Shown one piece after another: positions 34,882 to 37,340 of a stretch of DNA of 37,340 bases. Origin of the DNA: a virus (Duplodnaviria; Caudoviricetes); IMG/VR virus record IMGVR_UViG_3300020181_000008, positions 1-37,340 of that record. One strand, given 5' to 3'. The first letter of the stretch is position 1; every line of letters starts with the position of its first letter. A program made the translations under genes and the position numbers. Below the pieces are notes generated by a model. It saw only the letters and a list, made by a program, of their open reading frames with translations, was not told where the DNA came from and made no database searches.

Positions 34882-35181
34882 ATGGCAGAACCGACAGAAG
34901 ACCTACCCTATCACGTTAGCGATCATGCGATGGCTGACCCAGCCGGCGACAACAGCGCGCCGCAGGACGATCATGCTCTTGTTTTGAGCTTGCTAGAATA
35001 TTGTGATACGGAAATAGCAAAGCATAATAGTTTTGACGTCTTAGAACTTCCCCAAAATGCCACGCCAGCACAGAAAATAGCCGCCTTCGATGAGATGGCA
35101 ATTCACAAAGGCGTGGCTATGCATTTACGGAATATTAAACAAGAAATTAGTAATAAAGCAAAGGGGATAGATAATGTCTGA
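34882..35181 (+). CDS. Hypothetical head-module protein
   Basis: 99 aa between portal and scaffold. Confidence 0.6.
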   Translation: MAEPTEDLPYHVSDHAMADPAGDNSAPQDDHALVLSLLEYCDTEIAKHNSFDVLELPQNATPAQKIAAFDEMAIHKGVAMHLRNIKQEISNKAKGIDNV

Positions 35182-36202
35182 TACAGATCACGACGAGTTC
35201 GACAAGGCTTTTGAAAACTTTGGCGCAGATCCAGCGCTAGAGACGCCACCAGTAGTACCTACACCGGCACCAGCTCCGGCTGCCCAGCCACAGGATCCTG
35301 CTACACCACCGGCACCGGCCCCAATAGAGCCGCCAAAACCAGCAGGAGAGGAGCCTACACCTAATGAGCAGCCACCAGCCGAGCCACCTAAAAAAGAGGG
35401 GGAAGAAGCTACACCCCAACCAGGTGATGCGCCGACGCCGCAAGAAAACCCTAAACCGCCTGAGACTCCAGAGACGCCACCGGCGCCAGAAGAGCCAAAG
35501 CCCCTAACCGAAGACTCGCTTAGATCTATTATCAGTGAAATACGAAATGAAGATCGCACGTCTGCCCAGGTCCTTGAAGCTACTACCCAAGAGGTTCTAA
35601 ACGCCTACTATCCTGAAGGTTTATCGAACGTCTTGGTAGATGAGAGCGGCCGGGAACTTCGTACCCCAGCCGATGTGGTCGAAGCATCTGGCGGCACTAT
35701 GTCTACAGACGAAGCTCACCAGTGGTTAATCAATGAGCAATACAAGCTCGATCAAAAAGTGGCAAAAATCAAAGATGACGCTAGGGTTATTGCCGAAAAC
35801 ACGAATAAGTTTAAGCAAGACGGCATCGCTGTATTGCAGAAATACGAGCCTATATTTAAGCAATGGCCCGCGCTTCAGCAACAGGTCTGGGACGCCTATA
35901 AGGAAATGGTTAAAGCCGACGAAGAGAAAAATGTTATTTTGTCGGCTCCAGATATGCAGAAGTTTTACGATCTGGTCCTTGATCCATATCGCCTAGCCTA
36001 TGAACACGCTCAGGGCCAGCCGGGGACTGCTCCAGTGGCGGCCCCAGCAGCTCCGGTAGCAGCTCCCGAAACTCCCCCAGCTCCACCTACCCCTAGCGCA
36101 GATGATCGCCTAGACGTTTCAGGTGATGGCGGAGCTTCGCCAGTAAACGATCCAAATGACTTTGCCCAGCAAGTCGCAAAAGAATTAGCTAACCCAAATT
36201 AA
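35174..36202 (+). CDS. Scaffolding protein (probable)
   Basis: Acidic Pro/Glu-rich N-terminus, helical core, downstream of portal. Confidence 0.6.
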   Translation: MSDTDHDEFDKAFENFGADPALETPPVVPTPAPAPAAQPQDPATPPAPAPIEPPKPAGEEPTPNEQPPAEPPKKEGEEATPQPGDAPTPQENPKPPETPETPPAPEEPKPLTEDSLRSIISEIRNEDRTSAQVLEATTQEVLNAYYPEGLSNVLVDESGRELRTPADVVEASGGTMSTDEAHQWLINEQYKLDQKVAKIKDDARVIAENTNKFKQDGIAVLQKYEPIFKQWPALQQQVWDAYKEMVKADEEKNVILSAPDMQKFYDLVLDPYRLAYEHAQGQPGTAPVAAPAAPVAAPETPPAPPTPSADDRLDVSGDGGASPVNDPNDFAQQVAKELANPN

Positions 36203-36212
36203 GGAGAATAAT

Positions 36213-36866
36213 ATGCAAAACATACCAGAACCCAAAGGCGTCGCGTTTTACAACATTGAAAGTGATGAGACGCGCTATGCAAAACTAGAAGCCCAGATCC
36301 AAGGCTACATCAACAGCTCAGACATGGGCATTAACGCTTCGCGCGATCAAGATTATGGCTGGCGTCTAGCCCCTGAGTGGGTCCGCGCAGTTCGCGCTTT
36401 TCGTAGGGACAGCGCTCGTATGCGCGACCTTATTCGCGAAGGCGGCGGTCAAAAGGTAACTACCACCAAGATTCTTTATGCCATCTATGGCGACCAAGTG
36501 GCTGCCTATAATGAACAGCAAGAGTCAAATAGCGCTCCGTATGAAGCTGCCTACTTGCGCGCTATCTCAGAGCCAGAAAATGAGCCAGCGCCAGCCGCAC
36601 CAGCAGTCGCGACTCCGGCCCCTTTGCCTGAGCCTACTCCGGCCGATGCACAGCCAGAGCCAGAAGACATACCCCTGGACGTAGACGATGCAGATCTGCT
36701 ACCGCCAGAAGACGACGAAGAGCAGCCAGCACCCAAAGCTCCAGTTAAGCCTGAAGTTTCTAAGGCGCCTGAAGGGTCAGACACAACCGTTAAAGTTGAT
36801 GGCGATAAAGTAAACGCGCCAAAAACTGATGGTAAAACTTCGACGGCTAAACCGAAGAAAAACTAA
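36213..36866 (+). CDS. Hypothetical protein with Pro/acidic tail
   Basis: SD AAGGAG; 3' end overlaps terL convergently by 20 bp. Confidence 0.65.
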   Translation: MQNIPEPKGVAFYNIESDETRYAKLEAQIQGYINSSDMGINASRDQDYGWRLAPEWVRAVRAFRRDSARMRDLIREGGGQKVTTTKILYAIYGDQVAAYNEQQESNSAPYEAAYLRAISEPENEPAPAAPAVATPAPLPEPTPADAQPEPEDIPLDVDDADLLPPEDDEEQPAPKAPVKPEVSKAPEGSDTTVKVDGDKVNAPKTDGKTSTAKPKKN

Positions 36867-37340
36867 CAGTAGCTAAGTCAGACTCATAAGTCTCTTGAGC
36901 GACCGAAGAGGAGAGTATAAACTCTCCTTTTTCGTTAAAGAAATGGTGTAGAGCAGTAGCTAGATAGCGAATCATGTCAGCTATGTGGCTCTGGCTCTTA
37001 TGGTCTGGACCGATGTAATCGCCAGTATGCGGGTTAAACTTCTTACGATAAATGCGTAGCTTGCGGCTTAAGTCGCCGGTAGTCGGCAGATTGATTAGCA
37101 GTTTTGGTAGCCAGCTTTCGGCGTAGCCTATACCAATAGAGACGCTTTCACGCTTGAGCGTGGAGACGTTTGTGATACCCTTTTTGTGCAAAGTCTCGAT
37201 GCGGCTTTTGCCGTCGTTTAGGCTTGATACGGTGCCGTCATGCGGCAAGAAGTGCCAGCCGTAGTTATATCCCAACGCTTCAGACTTGGCCTTCAGCTCG
37301 TCAGCCATCGCTTCGATATTCGAGCCGTTTATCTCGATAA
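36847..37340 (-). CDS. terL: Terminase large subunit, C-terminal nuclease part
   Basis: HFLPHDG and PDHKSQSHIADMIRY motifs; continuous with 1-998. Confidence 0.93.
   Translation of the reverse strand, partial: IEINGSNIEAMADELKAKSEALGYNYGWHFLPHDGTVSSLNDGKSRIETLHKKGITNVSTLKRESVSIGIGYAESWLPKLLINLPTTGDLSRKLRIYRKKFNPHTGDYIGPDHKSQSHIADMIRYLATALHHFFNEKGEFILSSSVAQETYESDLATVSFSSV
37214..37340. repeat. Terminal direct repeat, right copy
   Basis: Identical to 1-127. Confidence 0.97.

Noticed and set aside
1-37340. Stop-codon reassignment, tRNA genes, integrase, reverse transcriptase/DGR
   Set aside because: Genes are full length in code 11 with TAA, TAG and TGA all used as stops. I saw no cloverleaf, recombinase or RT motifs by eye; a tRNAscan/HMM run would confirm.

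Overview
The window is a complete, circularly permuted dsDNA phage genome of about 37,213 bp: bases 1-127 are identical to 37214-37340, most likely an assembly overlap. It uses the standard code 11. The gene set is podovirus-like: ejection proteins, adaptor, nozzle, portal, scaffold, capsid and tail fibre, with no tape measure. I recognised no integrase or DNA polymerase. A leftward early/replication arm (19651 to 6562) and a rightward arm (20598 across the origin to 6052) diverge from a ~950-bp non-coding region containing TGTAACA iterons. A Saccharibacteria/CPR-type host is my inference only. Top candidates: (1) small, intact, translationally coupled early ORFs that carry large-terminase signature motifs without the full enzyme, possibly terminase decoys against terminase-sensing immunity; (2) a consensus-promoter-driven ~65-nt RNA at 6320-6385 complementary to a motif shared by both early-promoter leaders and one RBS; (3) a probable -1 frameshift joining a membrane anchor to a lytic transglycosylase; (4) a SprT-ArdC-like domain-swapped first early gene and an Acb2/Tad1-like protein; (5) an inverted TerL and a distant, internally duplicated TerS-like gene. 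All family calls come from recognising motifs by eye; no database search was run.
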